Shown in pieces: positions 39,246 through 51,070 of a DNA stretch of 64,000 nucleotides (its first letter is position 1; each line of letters opens with the position of its first letter). Source of the DNA: Octopus sinensis (Eukaryota); contig NC_043004.1 of assembly GCF_006345805.1 (NCBI RefSeq), forward strand, positions 5,332,001 to 5,396,000. Direction: 5' to 3'. Position numbers and translations under genes: made by a program. The notes under the pieces are model-generated. The model saw nothing but the letters and a program-made list of their open reading frames with translations. It was not told where the DNA came from and did no database searches.

Positions 39246-40154
39246 ATGTGTAATTTTTGTATGTATGTGTGTATATGTATATATATATATGTGTGCCTGT
39301 GTTTGTGCATATCCTTGTCTTGATGTCTCGGTTGTAAACAAACATCACTATCATATAAGTGATATTATTCTTTTCTAGTCTCCCATGAAAAGCATGCCTG
39401 ACCAAAGGCAGATATTACCTTGCTTGGAAACAGGTGAGGGTTGGTGAGAGGAAGGGCATCTGGCCATAGAAAATCTGTCTCCATAAATTCCCTCTGAGCC
39501 ATAAGTTCCACACAGTGGGACCGAACCCAAAACCAATAACAAGTATAATTATGATAACCACAAAGATATCAAGAGGAGTGTTTCTTCAAGAATGGGCATC
39601 TAACTCAAAGAAAAACCTAATATGGGATTGTCATTGCTCTCCACTATGTAAAAGAGCACCTGTGTTGGCACCACATAGTAAAGCACCCATACTTGTACCA
39701 CATAAAATAAAGCATCTGTGCTGATATCACATAAAAAAAACACTCATGCAGGTGCCACTTTGGAGAACAAGCTGTGCCAGTACCACTTATAAAAGCACCT
39801 GTGCCTGTTCCACATTCAAAAGCTCCCATGCCAGTGCCACATAAAAAGCCCCTGTCCTTTCTGTAAAGTGGTTGGTGTTAGGAAGGGCATCCAACCATAG
39901 ATAACAGTTGACTGTTTGCCAGCTCCTGTCAAATCATTCAATCCATGCCAGCATGGAAATGATGGTGATGATGATTGCCACAAAGATATCAAGATGAGTC
40001 ATTCTTCAAGACTGGGTATCTGACTTACAGAAAAATCTAGAATGCGATTGTTATTGTAATATCATATCTAATAAGCGTTTTTCAATGCATCATATTTCAT
40101 TGTTATTCTTCTTATGTTAGAATTGTTTCCTTTGGTTTTTCTTCTCTCTTTTAG

Positions 40155-40286
40155 GACTCAGAGATGAGGTCTCTACTGAATTCTATATCTATCAAGTGGG
40201 ATACATTGAAAATGTCTTCTACAGAGGAGCACAATATTGCAGACAAAACTCGGCTGTTCTGGGAGAGCAGCTCACAGAAATTAGTG
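40155..40286 (+). CDS. ALS2: Alsin exon (DH/PH junction; TRLFWES)
   Basis: AG/GT boundaries, phase 0 to 0. Confidence 0.85.
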
Positions 40287-40608
40287 GTCAGTTTACCATT
40301 TGTCTCTGTCTTCTTTACGCTTTCACTTAACATAATTTTGTCCTATATACATATACATACAAAGAAATTCACACACTCATATTAGCTCTCTGCATCTTAA
40401 TATTCGTAGAATAATCTCTGATTGCATTCAAAAGACTCTAAGTATTTTTAGTACCCCCCCTTCTCTCTCCCTCTCCCTTCCCCCCTCTCTCTATTTGGAA
40501 TTATTTCTTTTATATTTTGCATTCTAATAAATATTTCTTTTGACTAAGCTTAGGTTTTACTGCTGTGAAACATACAGCTGATTACATTCATTTAAGTATA
40601 TATATATA

Positions 40609-41452
40609 CTAGTAGAATTGCCCGGCGTTGCTCGGGGCTGAATTGCTTGAAAGTACTGTTAATGATTGCACTGAATTATGATGATTATTCAGGCAAATAT
40701 TGAAATAAGCTTACGGTGGGAGATAAGGACTTAACGCCAAATGTGTGCCATTGCATTGTTTTGGGGGAACCAAATTTCTGATGAGCATTATAGGGGCACT
40801 AACTTTAAGTTTGAGAAAGTGTGGTGGTAGTCCGGGGTGCTCAAAGGAATTGAGTACCTCTATTGGATAGTTGATGACGTCCTCTGGGTCAGGAGTTGTA
40901 TCGATAGACTGATATACATCGACTTCCCCAGGAATGAGTTTTAGCATTTCATCATTAATATGGTGAACAGTTTTATTCCTCGGGGCCAGTATAGCCTTTT
41001 TGCCAATCCAATCCATATTCTGATAATTAGCTTGTAAATCTGGGATCACTGCATCTCTGAGATCAGAAGGCGTCTTAACAATGGTACAAATGGAATCGAT
41101 GGCAATATTACCATTTTCATCCCCTGGTATTTTGCCTTCGCCAAGTGCAAGGAGGGTGTGAGGAAATGCTGGTGATGTGATATTACGTCGCATATGAGCA
41201 CGCATATTGGTGTGAAGTTTGAGAGTTACTTCCGTTTATTTTTAAAAAATGCATTAAAATGGAAAAAATGATGGTAAATTATTTGTAAAATCATAGACTC
41301 ATCGTAGACGCGCGCTAATACCCAGAAGGGCTCGATATGAATCACGACTATAAGATACCCGGTTTTGGTTAAACTGCATCGCAAAATGTGGGAGTAGTTA
41401 GGAATCTAAATCGGAGTAGACAGACACACAACCTTTCTTTGATATATAAATA
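40609..41452 (-). mobile_element. Helitron deletion derivative carrying a PIF1-like helicase fragment (ORF 40711-41205)
   Basis: - strand 3' end: hairpin CCCGAGCAACGCCGGG, then CTAG|T. ORF has AILAPRN, NSFEHPGLPPHFLKLKVSAPIMLIRNL and CNGT motifs. 5' part is shared with the element at 47290. Confidence 0.9.
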
Positions 41453-41459
41453 CATACAT

Positions 41460-42104
41460 ACACACACATACATACACACACACACACACACATACATGCA
41501 TACATACATATACACATAAACCGAGTAAAAATTTCAGTTATCTCTCTCTTTCACACATTACTCTCTCTGTCTCTTCACACACACTAACAGAAGCACTTCA
41601 CTTACACAACATACTGTCTGTCTCCCACACTCCATCAAACACACACACACACACACATGTACATCAATGAGTCCCATGCACGGTAACTTCAAAGGAACTT
41701 CCCTCGTCATACAATCGCTTTCTCTTAGTCTCTTTCGCTCTCATTACTTATGTAAAAAAATAAAAGTTTTTTCTATGTGTCTAAAGTGGAAGTGGGAGGC
41801 AGAGTGAAAGAATCACTCACTACAGTAAGTGAATTACTTTCATTTTATTCCTTGCCCACTGTGTGTGTGCGTTTGCGTGTGCTGTAAACCAGACTAAGAA
41901 AAGCATTTGACACACACACCAGAATGTGAGTTTTCTGTAAATTTTGCTTAATTGGAGTTTAAATTTTAAAAACTGGACCTGGTATGACGCGATGCATTGT
42001 ACTCTTAAAATTGCTAGGTAAATTGTAATTGAAGAAATCCTATATTGTAGATTTGTATAACTCCCAAAGGGAGGCAGATAAAATCTGCCTTTTATAATAA
42101 GAGA
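41460..42104 (-). mobile_element. Second Helitron-like 5' segment adjoining the element above
   Basis: - strand starts A|TCTCTTATTATAAAAGGCAGAT, with an 8-bp subterminal hairpin (aggcagat/atctgcct); 3' limit unclear. Confidence 0.45.
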
Positions 42105-42680
42105 TATATATAAAACTTCATATTATTCCATGCACCTACGATATTACAATTATTTAGATAACTGACATAAGTCATGGTTCACCTGAAACAGCTGTCAAGA
42201 TGAGACTATTACATCATTCTCTTTGTTTATTTGTATTCCATGTAAATTCACTCATTAAGCCTAGCTTTGTTTATCTGCCTTTTTACTTCCATACCCACTC
42301 AACAAAGATCATTCTTATGGCGAACTTGCTACACCACAACCACCTGCCCCAGATGTAGGAGTTAAGAATTAAGTTCTCATTTATCTGAGCACTACTCCAT
42401 GAATATTAACACCCCACTTGCTTTTGTGGTTCTCCAACACACTCTTTATATATTATAATTATAATAATTGCTTAAGTAACAAGAAGATGCATTAATCCCC
42501 AAACTCAACACTTCAACACACTAATCAACATATACCCCTTAATCCAAAAATATTAAATATATGTATATATAAATATGAGGTTCTTGGATCGGTATAATCA
42601 ATTATACATGTGTCCTAATCATATTCCAATGAAAGAAATCAATGATATTTATAATCCTTATCCTTTGATAATATTTTCAG

Positions 42681-42809
42681 GACACTCTTCGTACCCCTGA
42701 AAGACGACTCCTGTATGACACCAAGCAGAATCCTCTGACCCAGGCCAGTGCAGGACGGTTCTTCGTCCATAACTTCCACCTTTTCAACGACATCTTTGTA
42801 CATATCCAT
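42681..42809 (+). CDS. ALS2: Alsin exon (PH domain; DTLRTPERRLL...AGRF...LFND)
   Basis: AG/GT boundaries; resembles vertebrate DSLRKPERRLL (recalled). Confidence 0.92.
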
Positions 42810-44314
42810 GTGAGTATTCAGCCAAATTTTTATCTTTTAAGCTTTTAGAAAAAAAAGATGATCTAATCGAGGGCCAGGAGTGGCTGTGTGGTAAGTAGCT
42901 TGCTTACCAACCGCATGGTTCTGGTTTCAGTCCCACTGTGTGGCACCTTGGGAAAGTATCTTCCACTATAGCCTCGGGCCGACCAAAGCCTTGTGAGTGG
43001 ATTTGGTAGACGGAAACTGAAATAAGCCCGTCCTATATATGTATATATGTATGTCTGTGTATATGTTTGTGTGTCTGCATTTGTCCCCCCAACATCACTT
43101 AATAACTGATTCTGGTGTGTTTACGCCCCCATAACTTAGCGGTTCAGTAAAAGAGACCAATAGAGTAAGTACTAGGCTTACAAAGAATAAGTCCTGGGGT
43201 TGATTTGCTCGATTAAAGATGGTACTCCAGCATGGCCACAGTCAAATGACTGAAACGAGTAAAAGAGTAATCATGCTATGAGCACAGATTTGGCTTTTTG
43301 GTCAAGAAGTTTGCATTGCTTTGCAATCACATAGTTGCAGTTATGAAGTTCTCATCCTTTGGTATCAGTAAAATAAAGTAACAGTCAGGTACTGAGCTGC
43401 TGCTGCTGAGACCCCCTTCAGTCATGACTGACCTCTAGAAAGTTACCCTCCCAGGCGCAAGTCCAGGCAAGGTTATTTATGGAAGACCAGCAGTCACCCA
43501 TGCATACCGGCCTCCCCTCTCCACGCCACCAGTGTTATCCAAGGGAAAGTCAAAGGCCAATACAGCTTGGCACCTGTGACATCGCGACTCATTTCTACAG
43601 CTGAGTGAACTGGACCAATGTGAAATAAAGTGTCTTACTCAAGAACACAGCATGCATCCTGGTCCAGGATTCGAACTCAACCTCACTATCGTAAGCTCGA
43701 TGCTCTAACCACCGAGCCATGCGCCTTCAGTCAGGTACTAGAGTTGATGTAATTGACTTGTCCCCTCTCCTCAATATTACTGAGCTTGAACCCCGCTTTG
43801 CATCTGTGTCCTGTCTAGAAGAAATGTGATCCCAGTCATTTATATGCTCTGGAAATTGTGTAACCAGCATTGTAATCCCTGAGGCTCAAGAAAAATAAAG
43901 AATAACGTAAAAGGTCTATAGTATTCTTGGTAAGAACAATCAATAGTCATAAGTGGCAGTTTGGGAATAAAACTGACTTTATTTGTTTGATCTATATTAG
44001 TGTGTGAAGGTGCATGGCCTTGTGGTTTGGGTGTTGCACTCATGATTGCTAGATCATGGGTTCAATTCCCTGATCAGGTAACACATTGTGTTCTTGAATA
44101 AAACGCTTCATTTCGCATTGTCCCAGTCCCCCTTTTGATTCGGGGGAATCTTGGCCTGCTTACCTAGCCAGTGGGGTGGTGTCATTTGAGGGCTGAAACA
44201 ATGCAAAGTGCATCGTGACCAGCGATGTGTAACAACATCTGATAGTCTAGTCGGTCACATGATCACATGATTTCAATGTAAATTTTTATCTTTTCTTTTT
44301 TTCTTTTTCTGCAG

Positions 44315-44385
44315 GGATCTGCAATTAATGAATTTCCTCTTGAAACTGTATGGGTAGACACCTCTTCAGAATCGGAACAAACACA
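44315..44385 (+). CDS. ALS2: Alsin exon (PH domain; FPLETVWV)
   Basis: AG/GT boundaries, phase 0 to 2. Confidence 0.88.
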
Positions 44386-44667
44386 GTAAGTATCTGCGTG
44401 TGTATAAACATATATACATCTTAGTTTAAAAGTTGTATGAGTAGGTTTGGTAGACGGAAACTGAATGAAGCTTGCCGTGTGTGTGAAGTCATATATAAAA
44501 TCATGAGTTCGATTCTTGGCAGTGCATTGTGTCCTTAAGCAAGACCCTTTATTTCAAGTTGCTCCAGTCCATTCAGCTGGCAAAAATGAGTTGTACCTGT
44601 AATTCAAAATAAGCAACTTTTGTCACATTCTGTATCACACTGAACATAAGAACTACATTAAGGCTAA

Positions 44668-45397
44668 TACAGTTCTATATTTAAGAGATAAGGAATTATG
44701 TACATTATTTACTTTTGACGGATATTTGTCCTCATCTTGTTTGTTTCCAAATATCTCCGAGTAAAATCACCAATAGAAGAGAATATGACCAAAGACTGCG
44801 TGTACTCCATCCCATGCAGATGTGGTAGATTATATAAAGGCGAAATATTCCGCCCCTTCAAAATAAGGGTAGATGAACGTCGCAAAGATGTGACATGAGG
44901 AGATATTGATAAATTGGGTATAGCTGATCATGTATGGGAAAATGGAGACCACCTCTCCCTGTGGGATGAAGTTAAAATAATAGACAGAGAACACCACTGG
45001 AAAATATGAAAACTAAAAGCAGCAGCACATATGCTAGGACACAACAACCTCCTAAGCAGATTGAGTGCAAATATGAGTAGCATATGGGAACTGGTATTAA
45101 GGAAGGATAGAAAAATATTAGATTTATAAACCCTAAAATTCACTCTATAATTTCCCACAGGCATATGGCGTAGTGCAGGCTACTAACCCCAAGATTCTGA
45201 GTTCGATTCCAAGCAGTGACCTGAACAATAACAATAATAATAATAATAATAACATCGAAAAATACCTTAGGAATGAGAACCCATGTCTGAAATTTCCCCA
45301 AGACACCTGAAGAAGGCTGGAGGGTATATCAGCCAAAACATTGTGTCAACAACAAACAAGATGAGGACAAATATCTGTCGAATGTAAATAATGTACA
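44668..45397 (+). mobile_element. 5'-truncated Penelope-like retroelement: inverted pLTR piece, GIY-YIG endonuclease remnant (44749-45129), pLTR
   Basis: Frame reads CVYSIPCRCGRLYKGE...KIRVDER...IADHVWEN...WDEVKIIDRE with two TGA stops. 47-bp inverted repeat (44699-44745 vs 45351-45397) with 3 mismatches. Confidence 0.85.
45302..45347 (+). ncRNA. Degenerate minimal hammerhead ribozyme in pLTR
   Basis: GACAC / CTGAAGA / A / GGCTG-loop-CAGCC / AAAA (for GAAA) / CATT (for CGTT) ^ GTGTC; both lesions are CpG-to-CpA changes. Confidence 0.7.
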
Positions 45398-45922
45398 TTA
45401 AGAGTGCGTGTGTTTGTGGAGTGCTCAGCCATCTTCATATTAATTTTGTGAGCACATCTGTTATCTGGAACACTTGTTATCATAACCAGTGGAAAGCCAG
45501 GCCACATATATATGTATGTGTACGTATGTTTGTGTCTCCTTGTCTTGACATTGTATGATAGTTGTAAATGAGTGTCACTGTCATATAAGAACATGTCTGG
45601 CCATTGGGAAAATATTACCTTGCTTGGAATCAGGTAAGGTTTGGCAACGGGAAGGGCATCCAATAGAAAATCTGTGTCAATAAACTCCAGTCCATGCAAA
45701 CATGAAAAAGTGGAAGTTAAAACTTACTACACGGCCACTCCTAGGTGTATGAGTGGCTGTGTAGTAAGTAGCTTGCTTATGAACCACATGGTTCTGGGTT
45801 CTGTCCCATACATTTGTGTGTCTGTTTGTCCCCCCAACATCGCTTGACAACCGATTCTGGTGTATTTTTCTTGTCTTCTACATTTTATTTCTTTAACTAA
45901 ACTCATTTTCTTTTCTCTTCAG

Positions 45923-45989
45923 AGATTCTCTTCAAATCATTACTCCTGAAGAAACCTTCGTTCTGACTGTCACCTCATCTGCTAGCAAA
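45923..45989 (+). CDS. ALS2: Alsin exon (PH domain; LQIITPEETFVL)
   Basis: AG/GT boundaries, phase 2 to 0. Confidence 0.9.
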
Positions 45990-46032
45990 GTAAGTGAACA
46001 ACAGATTTGTTAGATTTTGGCATATTTTAGAG

Positions 46033-46261
46033 CATGCATGGGCAACCTGCGACCCGCAGGCCACATGCAGCCCTCGACATGTTATTGTGTGACACTCAAT
46101 GAGTTTCTAGGTTACTAATTTCATACTAAGACAAATAAAATTAAGAACTGCAAAAAATTCAGTGTAAAGTGAACAAGTAATATTTCATGCATATGTGTTT
46201 TATCATGTGGCCCTCTCCCACTTGGAAATGGTATGATGCGGCCAAAAGTTGCCCGTCCCTG
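46033..46261. mobile_element. hAT (Charlie-like) MITE
   Basis: CATGCATGGGCAAC / GTTGCCCGTCCCTG; TSD ttttagag/gtttagag. Confidence 0.75.
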
Positions 46262-47289
46262 GTTTAGAGGCTAAGAACCTCTTTAAAGTAATCATTTTTA
46301 TTCATATTTTATCTTTAAAGTAATCATTTTTATTCATGTTTTATCTTTTGTTTCAGTCATTAGACTGTGGCCATGCTGGGGCACTGCCTTGAATTTTATT
46401 TGAACAAATCAACCCCAGTAATTTTTCCTTTTTTTTAAAGCCTGGTACTTGTTCTATCAGTATCTTTTGCCAAACTGCTAAGTTATGGGAACGTAAACAC
46501 ATCAACACTGGTTGTTAAGCAGTGGTGGGGGACAAACACACACACACACACATATGCAAACAACAGGATTCTTTCAGTTTCCATCTACCACATCCACTCA
46601 CAAGGTTTTGGTCAGCCTGAGTCTATAGTAGCAGACACATGTACAAGGTGCTACACAGTGGGACTGAACTGGAAACCAAATGGATGGAAAGCAAACTTCT
46701 TAACACACAGCCATGTCTGCACCCATCTTGCCTGTAAAACAAACAAACAAAAAAAACGTACTTTTTTCTGAAAGACTTCTGAACCCATGGTTGGATGTCT
46801 TGAAATTTACTTTGTTCATCACAGAAGATGTTGCTTATTGTTAGTTAACTGTCAAGGTGGCCTTGATTAAGCAGATCTAAAATGGTTCAGCCACACTAAT
46901 CTCATCTTTTTTTTTTGCAGTCATAGGCTTTCTTGGATTGCAATATCTAAAGTCTTCTTTCAACTTTAAGATCACTGGGTAGTATGATTTGGAGAAGATT
47001 TAGCTACTATTTCTAGTAGATCGTTGTTGTTATTGTTTTTCACCACATCAGTCCTGCAAAAGCATTTCAGCCTTGAACAAACCCTTTATGTATATATATA
47101 AAACTCCTTAGGCCAAATTGTCTTTCCATTTCTCTCATATGGCTGCTATTTCTAACATGTCAACCACACGCATAAAAGTTCTCTTGTTGGTTCAATCTGG
47201 GCATTGTCTATTATAGAGGTGTTATAAGTCTTGTGAGTGAATTTGATAGACGGAAACTGAAAAAAGTCCGTCATCCATCATATATATAA

Positions 47290-47687
47290 CTAGCAGTATC
47301 GCCTGGCGTTGCTCGGGTTTGTAAGGGAAATAACTATATAAGCATTTTTAGAGAGTTATAGCCAAAAAATAGCAAAAAATGCATTAAAAATGGAAAAAAA
47401 TTATGGTAAATTTTTTTTTAAATCGTTGACTCATCGTAGACATTTTTAGAGAGTTACTTCCCTTATATAATAGCGAAAAAAATGCATTAAAATGGAAAAA
47501 AATGATGGTAAATTTTTTTTTTAAATCGTAGACTCATTGTAGACACGCGCTAATACCCAGAAGGGCTCGATATGAATCATGACTATAAGATACCCGGTTT
47601 TGGTTAAACTGCACCGCAAAATGTGGGAGTAGTTAGGAATCTAAATCGTAGGAGACAGGCACACAACTTGACTTTTATATATAAAGA
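47290..47687 (-). mobile_element. Non-autonomous Helitron
   Basis: A|TC 5' end, 3' hairpin and CTAG|T end, no TSD; internal tandem duplication of about 110 bp. Confidence 0.88.
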
Positions 47688-48110
47688 TAATATATATGGT
47701 GTGGCTGTGTGGTAAGAAGCTTGCTTCCCAACCACATGGTTCCTAGTTCAATCCCACTGCATGGCACCTTGGGCAAGTGTCTTCTACTATAACCTCGGGC
47801 CAACCAAAGCCTTGTCAGTGGATTTGGTAGATGGAAACTGAAAGAAGCCTGTTGTATATATATATATATATATACATATATGCATATATATATATGTGTT
47901 TGTATATCTGTGTTTGTCCCCACTACCATCACTTGGTAACAGATGTTGGTATGTTTACATCCCTGTAACTTAACGGTTCGACAAAAGAGACTGATAGAAT
48001 AAGTACTAGGCTTACAAAAAATAAGTCCTGGGGTTGATTGGTTTGACTAAAGGCAGTGCTCCAGTATGGCTGCAGTCAAATGGCTGAAACAAATAAATGA
48101 ATAAAAGAGA

Positions 48111-48142
<32 letters not shown>

Positions 48143-48423
48143 TTTTGTGTTTGTCCCCCACCACTGCTTGACAGCTGGTGTCGGTGTGTTTACATCCACT
48201 TGCAACTTGGTGGTTTGGCAGAGGTGACGATACAATGTGTATCACAGCTAAAAGTTTCTTCTTCAAGGTGGTGCCCCAGCATGGCTGCAGTTCAAAGACT
48301 GAAACAAGTAAGAGATAAAAGATAATGACAATTTAAATATCAGTGTTGTTGTTGATGATTATGATGATGATAATGATAGTGACGATTCTTTCCATTTCTG
48401 TATTCTCTATGAATTTCTTGTAG

Positions 48424-48629
48424 ACTGAGTGGCTGATAAAGCTGAACAGTGCCATAAACAACTGTTATCGACCAAGGAAATCAACGTCAACCAGTGGCTG
48501 TAGCCAGGTGGAAATGAACCGCTTCAACCCACCTTTAGTACGACAGGCACAGCACAAGTTCACCAAGCATTCCACCTTTAAAGATGCAGTCTACAATGGA
48601 GCTTGGATGAAAGGAAAATTACACGGATT
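48424..48629 (+). CDS. ALS2: Alsin exon (end of PH, first MORN repeat; YNGAWMKGKLHG)
   Basis: AG/GT boundaries, MORN signature. Confidence 0.92.
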
Positions 48630-48659
48630 GTAAGAGTTTGATTTTTCTCTGGCATTACT

Positions 48660-49130
48660 ACGTTCTCCTGCCCCACCTCTTCCTCTTCTTTCTCTTCCCC
48701 TCATGTTCGTCTTCTTTCTCTTCCCTTCCTCATCTTCCTCTTCCCCTCCTCATCTTCGTCTTCTTTCTCTTCCCCTCATCTTCGTCTTCTTTCTCTTCCC
48801 TTCCTCATCTTCCTCTTCCCCTCCTCATCTTCGTCTTCTTTCTCTTCCCCTCCTCATCTTCGTCTGCTTTCTCTTCCCCTCTTCATCTTCCTCTTTCTCT
48901 TCCCCTCCTCATCTTCGTCTTCTTTCTCTTCCCCTCCTCATCTTCGTCTGCTTTCTCTTCCCCTCTTCATCTTCCTCTTTCTCTTCCCCTCCTCATCTTC
49001 CTCTTCTTTCTTTTCCGCTTCTGCTTCCTCATCATCTTCCTCTACCCCATTCCTTCCTCCCCCTCCACGCCCCCCCTTCCTCTCCTCCCCCTTTCCTCTC
49101 CCCCCTCTTCATCTCATCACTCCTCCTCAT
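48660..49130 (+). repeat. Polypyrimidine minisatellite (CCTCATCTTCGTCTTCTTTCTCTTCCC-type units)
   Basis: About 470 bp almost free of purines, starting about 30 nt after a splice donor. Confidence 0.9.
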
Positions 49131-49574
49131 ACACTTCCTCGCCCACCCCAGTGTCATGCAAATAGCACCTATGCTGGTGGCACATAAAAGCACTCATTAC
49201 ACTCTCGGAGTGGTTGGCATTAGGAAGGGCATCCAGCCATAGACAACCATGCCAAACTAGACTGGAGTCTGGTGCAGCTTTCCATCTTACCAACCCTGGT
49301 CAAACTGGCCAACACATGCCAGCATGGGCAACAGACGTTAAATGATGATGATAATGATGATGATGAACTGCCAGAGTTGTTGGCATGCTGAGCAAATTGC
49401 TTAGTGGCATTTCATTCATCTTTATGTTCTGAGTTCAAATTCCCCTAGGGTCTTCATTGCCTTTCATCTTTTGGGGGTCAATAAAATAAGTACCAGTTGA
49501 GCACTGGGGTCAATATAATTAACTAGCTTCCTCCCTCAAAATTTCAGGCCTTGTGCATATAGTAGAAAAGATTA

Positions 49575-49942
49575 TTATTACCTCTGACTTAGCAAAGGTG
49601 GAAGTATTGTTTTCAGTTGCATTTGTGTGTTTGTCCATAGACAAGATATCTCAACAATCAATGGATGAATTTAGATGAAACTTTCAGGGTTGTTTGGCCT
49701 TGTGACTGGCACAAACTGATAAAATTTTGGGATCGATCCAGTACCGGACAAGGATTCTGGATTATTTTTCCAGTTTTTTTACTTAATTTTTGAGAGCAGT
49801 CAGGTTCATTTTTAGTATTCTCGTTTATGAGAGCAGTCAAGTTTATTTCAGATATTCTCATTTTAAAAATCATCTCTGGTTATCGTTAAAAGGACATTGG
49901 TGTTGCCTTGGCAAAGATGTGCGCTCTCCAAGTGCTCTTGTT
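49575..49942 (+). mobile_element. HINE/DINE-1-like element, second copy
   Basis: Same ends as 27975-28542 with an internal deletion. Confidence 0.5.
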
Positions 49943-51004
49943 GTTGTTATTAGTATTATTATTATTATTATTATTATTATTGAATGAGAGAGCAGTGCAT
50001 GCTATCAAAGTGATACTGGGGTAAAATATATAAAGCCCAGTATACCCATTATGACTGCCTGTCTGATAAGGGTACACCAGACACATGCATCACAACCATA
50101 TGTGCGCGACGTGCTTGAGAAGACCCATGAAGCCAAGTAAAATTGCAGTCATGGTAGATACTGGTGTCTCGCAAATGGCACCAGTGCCTGTGGTAGTTAC
50201 AAGCACCCATTACAGTCTTGGAGTGGTTGGCGTTAGGATGGGCATCCAACCATAGAAAACCATGCCAAATCAGACTGGAGTCTGGTACAGCCTTTCAGCT
50301 TACCAGCTCTGGTCAAACTGGCCAACTCATACCAGCATGGATAACAGACATTAAATGATGATGATGAGGAATGAAAGGCAATGTTGACCTTAGCAGGATT
50401 TGAGCAATAGGAATGATAATGGCTTTGAATTTTGGCACATGACCAGTAAGTTTGGGGGTGGAGGCAAGTTGATTACATTGACCCCAGTGCTCAACTGGTA
50501 CTTATTTTATCAACTCCAAAAGGATGAAAGGCAAAGTCACCACTCAGTGGAATTTGAACTCGGATCATAAAGACGGATGAAATACTGCTAAGCATTTTGC
50601 CTGGCAGGCTAACAATTCTGCCAGCTCGTCGCCTTAATGATAATAATAATAATAATAATAATTTAATGTCCATGTTTTGTGCTGGCATGGATTAGGTGGT
50701 TTGGTAGGATCCAGTAGGTCCAAGGACCATATTGTGCTCCAATGCCTGCTCTAGCATGATGTCTATGGCTGGATGCCCTTCATAACACCAACCACTTTGC
50801 ACCACATACTAAGTGCATTTTTTTACCACTGGTACTTTATAATAATAATAATAATAACAGTAATGATGATGATGATAACAATCATGATTTGTCTGGCTGT
50901 ATATTTAAGTAAAAGGGTTAGATTTTATTTTTCTGCATTCAATTTTCCAGTTTTTGTGTCCTGGATCAAGCCGTCATCATTTTCTGTTTTTTTCTCTCTT
51001 CCAG

Positions 51005-51070
51005 TGGTGAGATGAAATGGCCTGATGGAAGACGTTATATTGGAAAATTTAAGAATGGCTTACAGCATGG
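51005..51070 (+). CDS. ALS2: Alsin exon (MORN; WPDGRRYIGKFKNGLQHG)
   Basis: AG/GT boundaries, MORN signature. Confidence 0.93.

Noticed and set aside
44896-45009. In-frame TGA codons in the GIY-YIG frame as possible selenocysteine recoding (known in some PLE clades)
   Set aside because: Both fall where Arg (CGA) would fit, not at Cys positions; no SECIS is evident; CpG decay explains them.
48638-49242. Two ORFs of 175-179 aa
   Set aside because: Translations of the polypyrimidine minisatellite.
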